A stretch of DNA of 18,249 nucleotides, taken from positions 1 to 18,249 of the forward strand of contig JBLWVX010000042.1 in assembly GCA_048268245.1 (NCBI GenBank). Reading direction: 5' to 3'. A program made the translations under genes and the position numbers. How positions within the stretch are numbered: the first letter of the stretch is position 1; the number at the start of each line of letters is the position of its first letter. This document shows positions 8,339 through 17,585 of this stretch, one piece after another. Below the pieces are notes generated by a model. That model was not told where the DNA came from and searched no databases. It saw nothing but the letters and a program-made list of their open reading frames with translations. This DNA is from Arcobacteraceae bacterium. GTDB lineage: Bacteria; Campylobacterota; Campylobacteria; Campylobacterales; Arcobacteraceae.

Positions 8339-9147
8339 TGCGAGTTGATTTACATAATCACACTATTCTTTGTAATCATGCTAATGGAACAGTAGAAGAG
8401 TATATTAAGAAAGCTATAGAACTTGAAATTGATGTGTATGGATTTACAGATCATGCACCTATGAATTTTGATCCTAAATATAGAATGGCAATTGAACACA
8501 AAGAATTCTATGAAAGTACTATTCTTCATTTTAAAAAAAAGTATGAAAAAGATATAAATATTCTATTAGGATATGAAGTAGATTTTATGCAAAATATCCC
8601 TATGCTTGATGAAGTTCTAAATGCAAAAGTTGATTACCTAATAGGTTCTATACATTTCTTAGAATCTAAAAGAGAAACTGATAGTGATGAACCTTGGGGA
8701 TTTGATAATCCAGAGTTTATAGGAAAATATAAAAAGAAAAATATTGATGATATTTGGACTGATTATTTTGATGCAGTAAGACTACTTGCAAAGTGTGGTA
8801 AATTTGATATTGTAGGTCATTTAGATTTAATAAAAGTATTTAAATTTTTACCAAAAAAAGATATTAAACAAATAGCTCATGATGCAATGAAACAAATTAA
8901 ACAATCAAATATGGTTATTGAAATTAATAGTGCAGGTTTAAGAAAACCAATAGGTCAACCTTATCCTTCAAAAGAATTATTAGAATTAGCATTTGATTTA
9001 GATATACCTATTACATTTTCATCTGATGCGCACAGTGTTGATCAAATTGGGTTTGCATATGATGAAGTAGTTAATATTGCAAAGCAAATAGGGTATACAA
9101 AGTGTATATATTTCAATAATAGGGATAGAGAAGAAGTAGCTTTTTAG
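8338..9147 (+). CDS. hisK: PHP-domain histidinol-phosphatase (HisJ/HisK family)
   Basis: DLHNHT..CNHA, FTDHAP, GYEVD, IGSIH, GHLDL, EINSAG and SSDAH PHP metal-binding motifs; TAATG overlap with the moaE stop. Confidence 0.88.
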   Translation: MRVDLHNHTILCNHANGTVEEYIKKAIELEIDVYGFTDHAPMNFDPKYRMAIEHKEFYESTILHFKKKYEKDINILLGYEVDFMQNIPMLDEVLNAKVDYLIGSIHFLESKRETDSDEPWGFDNPEFIGKYKKKNIDDIWTDYFDAVRLLAKCGKFDIVGHLDLIKVFKFLPKKDIKQIAHDAMKQIKQSNMVIEINSAGLRKPIGQPYPSKELLELAFDLDIPITFSSDAHSVDQIGFAYDEVVNIAKQIGYTKCIYFNNRDREEVAF

Positions 9148-9156
9148 ACAGATATT

Positions 9157-9201
9157 TGTATAAAAGTATAATATTTTATACTATTGTATATTTTTTATAC
9201 A
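9157..9201. promoter_or_regulatory. Array of GTATA/TATAC inverted repeats upstream of glnA (candidate operator)
   Basis: AGTATAA-N4-TTATACT (9165-9182) and TGTATA-N5-TATACA (9185-9201); outer pair TGTATAAAA (9157-9165) / TTTTATACA (9193-9201). Confidence 0.5.
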
Positions 9202-9229
9202 GTATTTTTATCTTAGTTTTTTTTATTTT

Positions 9230-9238
9230 TGATACAAT
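9230..9238 (+). promoter_or_regulatory. Putative extended -10 promoter of glnA
   Basis: TGATACAAT (TGn + TACAAT) 32 bp before the ATG, preceded by T tracts; AAGGAG RBS at 9257-9262. Confidence 0.6.
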
Positions 9239-9270
9239 ATTTACATTAATTATTTCAAGGAGTTAAAACT

Positions 9271-10698
9271 ATGGGTAAGTTTGTAAATAATACTGAAGAG
9301 TTTTTTAAATATTGTGAAGAAAATGAAGTAAAATTTGTAGATTTTAGATTTTCAGATATGAAGGGAATGTGGCATCACATTTCGTATATGATGAGTGCTG
9401 TTACTGAAGACCAATTAGAATTTGGTATGCCATTTGATGGATCATCTGTTGATGCATGGCAACCAATTAATAAATCAGATATGATTTTAAAGCCAGATGT
9501 TGAAACTGCTTTCTTAGATCCATTTACAGCTGATTCTACAATCATTGTAATTTGTGATGTATATGACATTTATAAAGGTGACATGTATGAAAAATGTCCA
9601 AGATCTATTGCTAAAAAAGCATTAACTCATTTAAGTGAGTCTGGTGTTGGTGATGTTGCATACTTTGGACCTGAAAATGAATTCTTTATCTTTGATGATG
9701 TAAAAATCGTTGATAATATTAACGAATCATACTTCAGAGTTGATTCTGAAGAAGGTGAATGGGCATCTGCAACTGATTACGAATTAGGAAACATGGGTCA
9801 TAGACCAGGAACAAAAGGTGGTTATTTCCCAGTTCAACCAACAGATTCAATGGTTGATTTAAGAGCTGAAATGATGCAAGTATTAGAGCAAGTTGGATTA
9901 GAGGTTGTTTTAGGACACCATGAAGTTGCACAAGCTCAAGGTGAAATTGGTATCGTATTTGGAGACTTAATTGAAGCTGCTGATAACGTACAAAAATATA
10001 AATACGTTTGTAAAATGGTTGCACATTTAAATGGTAAATCTTGTACATTTATGCCTAAGCCATTATTCGGTGATAACGGAAATGGTATGCATGTACACCA
10101 ATCAATTTGGAAAGATGGTAAAAACTTATTCTATAAAGAGGGTGAGTATGGAAACTTATCTGAGACTGCTAGACACTATGTTGGTGGAATCTTTAAACAT
10201 GCTAGAGCAGTTGCTGCGTTTACTAATCCAACAACAAACTCTTATAAAAGATTAATTCCAGGATTTGAAGCTCCTTCAATCTTGACTTACTCATCTCAAA
10301 ATAGATCTGCTTCTTGTAGAGTTCCTTATGGTGCTGGTGAAAAAGCAACAAGAATTGAAATGAGATTCCCAGATTCTACTGCTTGTCCTTACTTAGCATT
10401 TGCTGCTATGTTAATGGCTGGTCTTGATGGAATTGCAAACAAAGTTGAGCCTATTGGTCCAATGGATGAAGATTTATTCGAAATGCCATTAGATGAAATT
10501 AGAGAAAGAGAAATTCCTCAAATGCCTCATACTTTAAGAGGTTCATTAGAAGCATTAATTAGAGATAATGATTTCTTAAAACCTGTATTTACTCAAGAAA
10601 TGGTAGATACATACCAACACTATAAATTTGAAACACAAGTTTGGCCAGACGAGTCTAGACCAACTGCATTTGAATTTAAATCAACTTACTCTTGTTAA
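9271..10698 (+). CDS. glnA: Type I glutamine synthetase
   Basis: [65 protein letters not shown] and RIEMRFPD motifs. Confidence 0.99.
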   Translation: MGKFVNNTEEFFKYCEENEVKFVDFRFSDMKGMWHHISYMMSAVTEDQLEFGMPFDGSSVDAWQPINKSDMILKPDVETAFLDPFTADSTIIVICDVYDIYKGDMYEKCPRSIAKKALTHLSESGVGDVAYFGPENEFFIFDDVKIVDNINESYFRVDSEEGEWASATDYELGNMGHRPGTKGGYFPVQPTDSMVDLRAEMMQVLEQVGLEVVLGHHEVAQAQGEIGIVFGDLIEAADNVQKYKYVCKMVAHLNGKSCTFMPKPLFGDNGNGMHVHQSIWKDGKNLFYKEGEYGNLSETARHYVGGIFKHARAVAAFTNPTTNSYKRLIPGFEAPSILTYSSQNRSASCRVPYGAGEKATRIEMRFPDSTACPYLAFAAMLMAGLDGIANKVEPIGPMDEDLFEMPLDEIREREIPQMPHTLRGSLEALIRDNDFLKPVFTQEMVDTYQHYKFETQVWPDESRPTAFEFKSTYSC

Positions 10699-10716
10699 TT
10701 ATAACTTCAGTATAAC

Positions 10717-10750
10717 AAAAAAGGCAAGTTCATATGAACTTGCCTTTTTT
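10717..10750. terminator. Bidirectional rho-independent terminator between glnA and PBP1A
   Basis: Perfect 34-bp palindrome AAAAAAGGCAAGTTCATATGAACTTGCCTTTTTT with A/T tracts on both sides, between convergent genes. Confidence 0.93.
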
Positions 10751-10800
10751 TATATTTAATATATTGAGAACTACTATTTAAAATTTAAGCTATAGAGTTT

Positions 10801-12777
10801 TTAGAACTCTATTATTTCTTGTTGTGGATCTTCAGGAATAATATTTACTTCTATTTCAGGTAATGGAGATTTGTCTGTATAGTATTCTAATTTTCCATTA
10901 ATTTTTGATTGATAAACATTCACAGGTTTCTCAAAGGTTCTTGGAATTTCAGGATGTATTTTTAAATATTCTTTATAAAAATGTGCAAAAGCAGGTGTTG
11001 GAGTTTTTCCACCAGTCTCACTTCTTCTCATTGGAGTGTTGTCATCTTTTCCAAACCATACAATAGTTTGAATTGATGGCGAATACCCACAGAACCATGC
11101 ATCTACATTGTCATTCGTTGTTCCAGTTTTACCAGCAAGTTCAATTCCCTCAACTTGTGCTCTTCTTCCTGTTCCTCTTTCTACTACATCATTTAAAATA
11201 GAAGTAATAAGATATGTTTGTTCAGGTGAATTTACTTCTCTCATTTGTGGTTCAAAAGTAACTTTTTCTCCATCTCTATTTGTAATCGATTCAATAATAT
11301 AAGGTTTTACAATAGTTCCATGATTTGAGAATGCACTAAAATATTCACTTAATTGTAGTGGAGATACAGACATTGAACCAAGTGTAATTGATAAATCATT
11401 TGGCATCCCTTTAAAACCATACTCTTCTAAAGCTTCATACATTACATTAATACCTGTATCAGTTACAAGATTAACAGTAGATAAGTTTCTTGATTGAACA
11501 AGAGAGTCTCTCAAATTAATAAACCCTTTAAATCTCCCACTATAGTTTTTAGGTTGCCATTTTTTATCATTACCATTTACATCTTTGTAATCGTAAGTTC
11601 TTGAAATATCAACTAGTTTTGAAGCAGGATTTAATCCTTCATTTAATGCTGTTTGATATAGAAATGGTTTTATAGCAGAACCTGGTTGTCTTCTTGCTTG
11701 AACAGCTCTATTAAACATAGATGTCTTATAGTCAATTCCACCAACTAATGCAAGAATTTTTCCAGTACTACTATCAATAGAAACTAATGCACCATTTAGT
11801 TTATTTACATAATAATCATTTTCTAAATCTTTTTCTTTTTTTCTATAAGCTTCATCTCTTTGTAATACTTGTTTATATGCTTTATTTAATGCTTCTTTTG
11901 CAATATTTTGTGCATCTAAGTCAATAGTAAGTTTTATATTATATCCACCGTATTGAATATCAGGAATATCATCTTTTAAAAGTTTTAGTACATAATCAAT
12001 AATATAAGGAGCTTTATTTTTTGTTAGTGTTTGACTATAAACTTTTGGTGTTTCTTTTATTGATCTTTTATATTGTTCTTTATTTATCCAACCTAAAGTG
12101 TTTAATCTTGTGATAACTTGATTTGCTCTTGCTAATGATATTTTAAGATTTTTTGTAGGGTCATAAAAACTAGGAGCTCTTGGAAGTCCTACTAAAATAC
12201 TCATCTCTTTTAAAGATAATTCATATAAGTCTTTCTTGAAATATCCTTTTGCAGCAGTTTTAATACCGTAATAACCATGACCAAAATATACATTGTTTAA
12301 ATATCTTTCTAAAATCTCTTCTTTTGTTAATATTGTTTCTAATCTAATTGAAAGTAGGGCTTCTTTGATTTTTCTAATAAGTTTTTTTTCTCTTGATAAA
12401 ACTAACATTTTAACAAGTTGTTGTGTAAGGGTACTAGCTCCTTCTACATAGCCACCTGCTTTGATATTTTTAATCATTGCTCTAGATATTGCATCAAGAT
12501 TTACTCCATGGTGCTCAAAGAACTGAGTATCTTCAATTGCAATTAATCCTTCAATAATTCTTGCAGGGATATCATCATATTTAACATACTCTCTATTTTC
12601 ACCTTTGAATATGTTTGCAATTAGTCTTCCATCTTTATCGTAAAACTGTGTACTTTGTTTTGGATTATAATCTATAACTTTTTCAACATCGTGTTTTATT
12701 TCATCATATAAAGTATATAACCAACCTAATGTGGCTAATCCTACTATTATGAAGAAACCAAATATATATTTCATCAT
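10801..12777 (-). CDS. mrcA: Class A penicillin-binding protein 1A (transglycosylase/transpeptidase)
   Basis: GT51 motifs EDTQFFEHHG, GASTLTQQL and RKIKE; transpeptidase motifs QPGSAIK, SRN and KTGT; N-terminal TM helix. Confidence 0.95.
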   Translation of the reverse strand: MMKYIFGFFIIVGLATLGWLYTLYDEIKHDVEKVIDYNPKQSTQFYDKDGRLIANIFKGENREYVKYDDIPARIIEGLIAIEDTQFFEHHGVNLDAISRAMIKNIKAGGYVEGASTLTQQLVKMLVLSREKKLIRKIKEALLSIRLETILTKEEILERYLNNVYFGHGYYGIKTAAKGYFKKDLYELSLKEMSILVGLPRAPSFYDPTKNLKISLARANQVITRLNTLGWINKEQYKRSIKETPKVYSQTLTKNKAPYIIDYVLKLLKDDIPDIQYGGYNIKLTIDLDAQNIAKEALNKAYKQVLQRDEAYRKKEKDLENDYYVNKLNGALVSIDSSTGKILALVGGIDYKTSMFNRAVQARRQPGSAIKPFLYQTALNEGLNPASKLVDISRTYDYKDVNGNDKKWQPKNYSGRFKGFINLRDSLVQSRNLSTVNLVTDTGINVMYEALEEYGFKGMPNDLSITLGSMSVSPLQLSEYFSAFSNHGTIVKPYIIESITNRDGEKVTFEPQMREVNSPEQTYLITSILNDVVERGTGRRAQVEGIELAGKTGTTNDNVDAWFCGYSPSIQTIVWFGKDDNTPMRRSETGGKTPTPAFAHFYKEYLKIHPEIPRTFEKPVNVYQSKINGKLEYYTDKSPLPEIEVNIIPEDPQQEIIEF

Positions 12778-12779
12778 AT

Positions 12780-13475
12780 TTATTTCCTGAAATCCTTATT
12801 TTTAAAATTTGAATCAATTAGTTTTTTAGTATAACTATCTTTAGGATTAGTTAAAATATCTTTTGTTAAGCCCATTTCAACTATTTTACCTTTATTTATA
12901 ATGACTATATTTTCACATATATCTTTTATTGATTCTATATCATGTGTAACAAAAAGTATAAGTATATTTAATCTTTTTACTAACTGATCAACTAACTTTA
13001 TGATATTTTCTTTATTCTTTACATCTAATGCAGTAGTTGGCTCATCAAGTAGTAGTAGTTTTATATCTTTACTTAAAGTAATTGCAATTATAACTCTTTG
13101 AATTTGACCTCCACTTAATTGACTAGGAAATTTATTTAAAACTTCACTATCTAAATCAACTAATTTTAAAAGTTCAACTTGTTTTTCTTTTGGGCAAAAA
13201 AACTGTTTTGAAATTTTTGTCATGGGAGAAAGTGATGTAAATGGGTTTTGAGGAATTAGTCCTATTGTCTCATTATTAAGATCAAAAGTACTGTCAATTT
13301 TTTTTTCTAAAATTAAAGAGTTTGGAAGAAGATTTAATAAACTTTTTAAAGTTAAAGACTTTCCACTTCCACTCTCTCCAATTAATGCAGTTGAGTTATT
13401 GATATTAAAAGATATATCTACTAAGGTATTATCTTTATGAGAGATTTTTAGTTTTTTAATATCAATATTTAACAT
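12780..13475 (-). CDS. ABC transporter ATP-binding protein (DppD/OppD/NikD-like), no permease nearby
   Basis: Walker A GESGSGKS, Q-loop IPQNPFTSLSP, signature LSGGQ, Walker B LLLLDEPTTALD, VTHD, and a C-terminal NPKDSYTKKL typical of peptide/nickel ABC ATPases. Confidence 0.93.
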   Translation of the reverse strand: MLNIDIKKLKISHKDNTLVDISFNINNSTALIGESGSGKSLTLKSLLNLLPNSLILEKKIDSTFDLNNETIGLIPQNPFTSLSPMTKISKQFFCPKEKQVELLKLVDLDSEVLNKFPSQLSGGQIQRVIIAITLSKDIKLLLLDEPTTALDVKNKENIIKLVDQLVKRLNILILFVTHDIESIKDICENIVIINKGKIVEMGLTKDILTNPKDSYTKKLIDSNFKNKDFRK

Positions 13476-13481
13476 AGTAAA

Positions 13482-14957
13482 TTAAACTAATGCCTCATCC
13501 ATTTCTTCAGGTATTTCTAAATTCATAAGTTTTAAAACAGTAGGTGCAATATTATTTAAACTACCATTTTTTACTTCTTTCACATCTTTTGCAACAACAA
13601 AACAGAAAACATCTCCAACTGTATGATTTGTAAGAGTATTACCATCTTTATCTCTCATCATCTCACAGTTACCATGATCAGATGTTAATACAAGATTATA
13701 ATCTTTCTCTTTAGCTTTTTCTAAAATAAGACCTAATTCTTTGTCAACTGCTTCAACAGCTTTAATTCCAGCTTCATAAACACCAGTATGTCCAACCATA
13801 TCACCATTTGCAAAGTTTACAACAATAAAATCAGTCTCATCATCCATAGCTTTTCTTACAGTATCACCAACTTGTGGAGCACTCATTTCTGGTTGTAAAT
13901 CATATGTTGCTACACTAGGAGATGGTATTAAAACTCTACTTTCATTTAATAAAGGTTCTTCAACTCCACCATTAAAAAAGAATGTAACATGTGCATACTT
14001 TTCTGTTTCAGCTGTATGAAGTTGATTTAATCCTGCATTTGATATTACTTCTGCTAAAGTATTTTTTGGAGCTTCTTTTGGGAATAATACTGGTAATGGT
14101 AAATTTTTATCATATTGAGTCATTGTTGCAAGATTTAGTTTATTTGCAAACCTTGGAAAGGCTGAGAAATTTTCATCACCTAATGCAGATGATAATTCTC
14201 TCATTCTGTCACTTCTAAAGTTACAGAAGATAATTCCATCATTCTCTTTTAAACCATTATATCCTTCAAAAGCACATGGAATTAAAAACTCATCATAAAC
14301 ATCTTCATTATATGAATCATTTACATATTCAATAGGTGATTTACTTGTTTTTGGTAATCCAAGAGCAATTGCATCATGACCTTTTTGAACTCTTTCCCAT
14401 CTTTGATCTCTATCCATAGAATAGTATCTTCCTGCAATTGTTGCAATAGAAATATCTTCATCACAAATATCAATGATTTGTTGTACATATTTATTAGCAC
14501 AATCAGGTGCTACATCTCTTCCATCTGTAATCATATGGATAAATACTTTTTTGCCATTAGTCTTAGCAATCTTTGCAATACCAATAATATGATCAATATG
14601 AGAGTGAACACCACCATCACTTAAAAGTCCTACTAAATGTATATCATTTGATTTGTTTAAAGTATCAGTTAATACACTATTATCTTTTAACGTATTCTCT
14701 TCTAAAGCTATGTTAATTTTTACTAAATCTTGATATAAAGTTCTACCACTACCTATAGTCATATGTCCAACTTCTGAATTTCCCATTTGTCCATCAGGTA
14801 AGCCAACATGCTTACCATATGTATGTATATATGAAAATGGAGTATTTTTAAATAAATAATCATAAGTAGGAGTATTTGCATTTGAAAAAGCATTGAAGTC
14901 ATTTGAATCGTTATGCCCAATACCATCAGTAATTACTAGAATCGTCTTATTTGCCAT
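13482..14957 (-). CDS. gpmI: 2,3-bisphosphoglycerate-independent phosphoglycerate mutase
   Basis: GQMGNSEVGH, SDGGVHSH, DGRD, GRYYSMDRD, NFRSDR, AETEKYAHVTFF, DMVGHTG and SDHGN motifs. Confidence 0.98.
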   Translation of the reverse strand: MANKTILVITDGIGHNDSNDFNAFSNANTPTYDYLFKNTPFSYIHTYGKHVGLPDGQMGNSEVGHMTIGSGRTLYQDLVKINIALEENTLKDNSVLTDTLNKSNDIHLVGLLSDGGVHSHIDHIIGIAKIAKTNGKKVFIHMITDGRDVAPDCANKYVQQIIDICDEDISIATIAGRYYSMDRDQRWERVQKGHDAIALGLPKTSKSPIEYVNDSYNEDVYDEFLIPCAFEGYNGLKENDGIIFCNFRSDRMRELSSALGDENFSAFPRFANKLNLATMTQYDKNLPLPVLFPKEAPKNTLAEVISNAGLNQLHTAETEKYAHVTFFFNGGVEEPLLNESRVLIPSPSVATYDLQPEMSAPQVGDTVRKAMDDETDFIVVNFANGDMVGHTGVYEAGIKAVEAVDKELGLILEKAKEKDYNLVLTSDHGNCEMMRDKDGNTLTNHTVGDVFCFVVAKDVKEVKNGSLNNIAPTVLKLMNLEIPEEMDEALV

Positions 14958-14977
14958 TGTTTAAACCTTTTAAAAAC

Positions 14978-15009
14978 TATAATATAATATAATCGCATAG
15001 ATTATATCA
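14978..15009. promoter_or_regulatory. Putative divergent promoters for mraY (+) and gpmI (-)
   Basis: (TATAA)x3 T at 14978-14993 gives three overlapping TATAAT on +; extended -10 TGATATAAT on - at 15009-15001. Confidence 0.5.
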
Positions 15010-15013
15010 AAAT

Positions 15014-15047
15014 ATAGGAATATGTTTGCTGAAAACATATTATCTAT
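15014..15047. repeat. Inverted repeat in the mraY leader region
   Basis: AATATGTTT (15019-15027) / AAACATATT (15033-15041) with a 5-nt loop, extended by ATAG/CTAT. Confidence 0.6.
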
Positions 15048-15071
15048 TTTAATACAAAATGAGGGTTTAAA

Positions 15072-16133
15072 TTGTTTTATTGGTTTTACAGACATCTAGA
15101 TATTAATATCTTACAATATATATCAGTAAGAGCTGGTATTAGTTTTTTTATTGCTTTTTTGCTTACAATGTATTTAATGCCCAAGTTTATAGCTTGGGCT
15201 AAATCAAAAAAAGCATCTCAACCTATTTATGATTTAGCTCCAGACTCTCATAAAGTAAAAGTAGGAACTCCTACAATGGGTGGTGTAGTATTTATTTTCG
15301 CTACAATTATAGCTACTTTGTTAACGGCTAAATTGAATAATTTCTATATTGTTGGAGGATTACTTACTATTGGTCTATTCTCATTAATCGGAATTCAAGA
15401 TGACTACTCGAAAATATCAAATGATAAGAATGATGCTGGTTTAAGTGCTAAGGGTAAGTTAATGCTTCAAATATTAAGTGCAGTACTTGTAATACTTGTA
15501 TTGTATTTTTATGAGCATACTACAACTTTATATACACCATTTTATAAGCTTCCACTATTTGATATGGGCTTATTTGCTTTGGGGTTCTGGGTATTAGTTT
15601 TAGTTGCTACTTCTAATGCTGTTAATCTAACTGATGGTTTAGATGGCTTAGCTACAGTACCATCTATAATGGCATTCTTTACACTTTCTGCATTAGTATA
15701 TGTAACAGGTCATGCCATAATTGCTGGATATTTACTTCTTCCTAATATTCAAATTGCTGGTGAATTAGCTGTAATGGGTGCTGCAATTTCTGGAGCATTA
15801 ATAGCGTTCTTATGGTTTAATTCACATCCTGCTCAAGTATTTATGGGTGATAGTGGCTCTCTTCCTATTGGAGCATTCATGGGATATATGGCAATAGTTG
15901 CTAAATCAGAGATACTTTTATTGTTAATAGGGTTTATTTTTGTTTTAGAAACAGTGTCTGTAATTTTACAAGTTGGTTCATATAAATTAAGACAAAAAAG
16001 AGTTTTTTTAATGGCGCCTATACATCACCATTTTGAGGAAAAAGGTTGGAAAGAAAATAAGATTATAGTTAGATTTTGGATCATATCCTTTATGACAAAT
16101 CTTTTTGCATTAATGAGTTTAAAAATTAGGTAA
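15072..16133 (+). CDS. mraY: Phospho-N-acetylmuramoyl-pentapeptide transferase
   Basis: [29 protein letters not shown] and MAPIHHHFE motifs; TTG start with GAGGG RBS. Confidence 0.98.
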   Translation: MFYWFYRHLDINILQYISVRAGISFFIAFLLTMYLMPKFIAWAKSKKASQPIYDLAPDSHKVKVGTPTMGGVVFIFATIIATLLTAKLNNFYIVGGLLTIGLFSLIGIQDDYSKISNDKNDAGLSAKGKLMLQILSAVLVILVLYFYEHTTTLYTPFYKLPLFDMGLFALGFWVLVLVATSNAVNLTDGLDGLATVPSIMAFFTLSALVYVTGHAIIAGYLLLPNIQIAGELAVMGAAISGALIAFLWFNSHPAQVFMGDSGSLPIGAFMGYMAIVAKSEILLLLIGFIFVLETVSVILQVGSYKLRQKRVFLMAPIHHHFEEKGWKENKIIVRFWIISFMTNLFALMSLKIR

Positions 16134-16136
16134 TAT

Positions 16137-17312
16137 ATGGACTATCAAAAACAAATAAGAGTATTAGGTAAGGGCTTAACTGCCCAAGCTGTAAAAGAGA
16201 AATTTCCCAATGCCATATTATATGATGATAGTGATTTTTCTAAATATGATAAGCAAAGTAGTGAATTAACTGTTGTAAGTCCAGGTATCCCTCCATATAA
16301 TGAAATGGTTAAAAACTCTAAAAATATTGTAAGTGATTATGATTTATTTTATGAAAGTATGCCTTTTTCTATTTGGATTAGTGGTACAAATGGTAAAACC
16401 ACAACAACACAAATGTGTCAACATATACTAGAAGAAAAAGGAAGTGAATGTGGAGGTAATATTGGAACATCTATATCAAAACTTTCACTTAATAGTCCTA
16501 TTTGGATTTTAGAAACTTCATCATTTACATTCCATTATACAAGTAAAGCAAAACCAAACTTATACTTACTATTACCTATATCAGAAGATCATATCTCATG
16601 GCATGGCACTTTTAGAGAATATGAAAATGCTAAATTAAAACCGTTAAGTATGATGAATGAAGGTGAAATAGCAATAATCCCAGAAGAGTATGCTCAAATA
16701 AAAACAAATGCTACATTAGTGACTTATAAAAATAGTGATGACTTATGCAATAAATTTGGTATAGATAAGTCAAAAATTAAATTTAAAGAACCATTTTTAT
16801 TAGATTCTTTATTAGCATTATGTACAAAGAAGATTTTGTTTGATGTAATTGATTATGAAAATATAAATACATATGTTGTAGATAAACATAAAGTAGAAGA
16901 GTTTAAAGATAGTCAAAATAGAGTTTGGATAGATGATAGTAAAGCTACAAATGTTGATGCCACTATAAATGCATTAATACCTTATAAGAATGATGAAATA
17001 CATTTAATTTTAGGTGGAGATGATAAAGGAGCGGATTTAGAACCACTCTTTGAGCATATAAAAGGCTACAATATTACAATTTATGCAATTGGAAGTAATA
17101 CAAATAAGCTGATTTCTTTATCAAATGATTATAAAATAGCTGTTAATAAATGTAATTTTTTAGAAAAGGCAGTAAATTTAATAGATAAATCACATAATGA
17201 AAAAAGTGTTGCAATGCTGTCTCCATCGGCTGCTTCGTTAGATCAATTTAACTCATATAAGCAAAGAGGAGAAGAATTTAAAAGATTGGTTTTTACTTTA
17301 AGGGAAAATTAA
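16137..17312 (+). CDS. murD: UDP-N-acetylmuramoyl-L-alanine:D-glutamate ligase
   Basis: VVSPGIP, SGTNGKTTTT, GGNIG, LETSSF, DHISWH, DDSKATN, GGDDKG and LSPSAASLDQF..Y.QRG motifs. Confidence 0.97.
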   Translation: MDYQKQIRVLGKGLTAQAVKEKFPNAILYDDSDFSKYDKQSSELTVVSPGIPPYNEMVKNSKNIVSDYDLFYESMPFSIWISGTNGKTTTTQMCQHILEEKGSECGGNIGTSISKLSLNSPIWILETSSFTFHYTSKAKPNLYLLLPISEDHISWHGTFREYENAKLKPLSMMNEGEIAIIPEEYAQIKTNATLVTYKNSDDLCNKFGIDKSKIKFKEPFLLDSLLALCTKKILFDVIDYENINTYVVDKHKVEEFKDSQNRVWIDDSKATNVDATINALIPYKNDEIHLILGGDDKGADLEPLFEHIKGYNITIYAIGSNTNKLISLSNDYKIAVNKCNFLEKAVNLIDKSHNEKSVAMLSPSAASLDQFNSYKQRGEEFKRLVFTLREN

Positions 17313-17324
17313 TAAACTAGTGTG

Positions 17325-17330
17325 TATACT
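17325..17330 (+). promoter_or_regulatory. Putative -10 element of the tRNA cluster
   Basis: TATACT 18 bp upstream of tRNA-Phe, in the short murD-tRNA spacer. Confidence 0.5.
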
Positions 17331-17348
17331 TTCACTCCAATTTGAAAG

Positions 17349-17424
17349 GGTTCGATAGCTCAGTCGGTAGAGCAAAGGATTGAAAATCCTTGTGTCGGCA
17401 GTTCGATTCTGCCTCGAACCACCA
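17349..17424 (+). tRNA. tRNA-Phe (GAA)
   Basis: Acceptor GGTTCGA/TCGAACC, anticodon arm AAGGA-TTGAAAA-TCCTT, T-loop TTCGATT, encoded CCA; 76 nt. Confidence 0.98.
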
Positions 17425-17439
17425 TTCAAATTCATTGGT

Positions 17440-17516
17440 GCTGGTGTAGCTCAGTTGGCTAGAGCAGCTGATTTGTAATCAGCAGGTCGGGGGTTCAAGT
17501 CCCTTCACCAGCTCCA
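17440..17516 (+). tRNA. tRNA-Thr (TGT)
   Basis: Acceptor GCTGGTG/CACCAGC, anticodon arm GCTGA-TTTGTAA-TCAGC, T-loop TTCAAGT, CCA; 77 nt. Confidence 0.98.
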
Positions 17517-17585
17517 TTTTAATAATTGTCGTGCGTAAGTCTTGAAGACCAGCGCTTGACCAGAACAATAAATTTTTTTAGTATC

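Noticed and set aside
1442..14624. Short ORF-track entries overlapping real genes (1442, 1692, 2100, 3192, 3468, 4578, 7050, 9375, 9734, 10031, 11108, 13991, 14376)
   Set aside because: Antisense or alternate-frame shadows of well-supported housekeeping genes, with no recognisable motifs.
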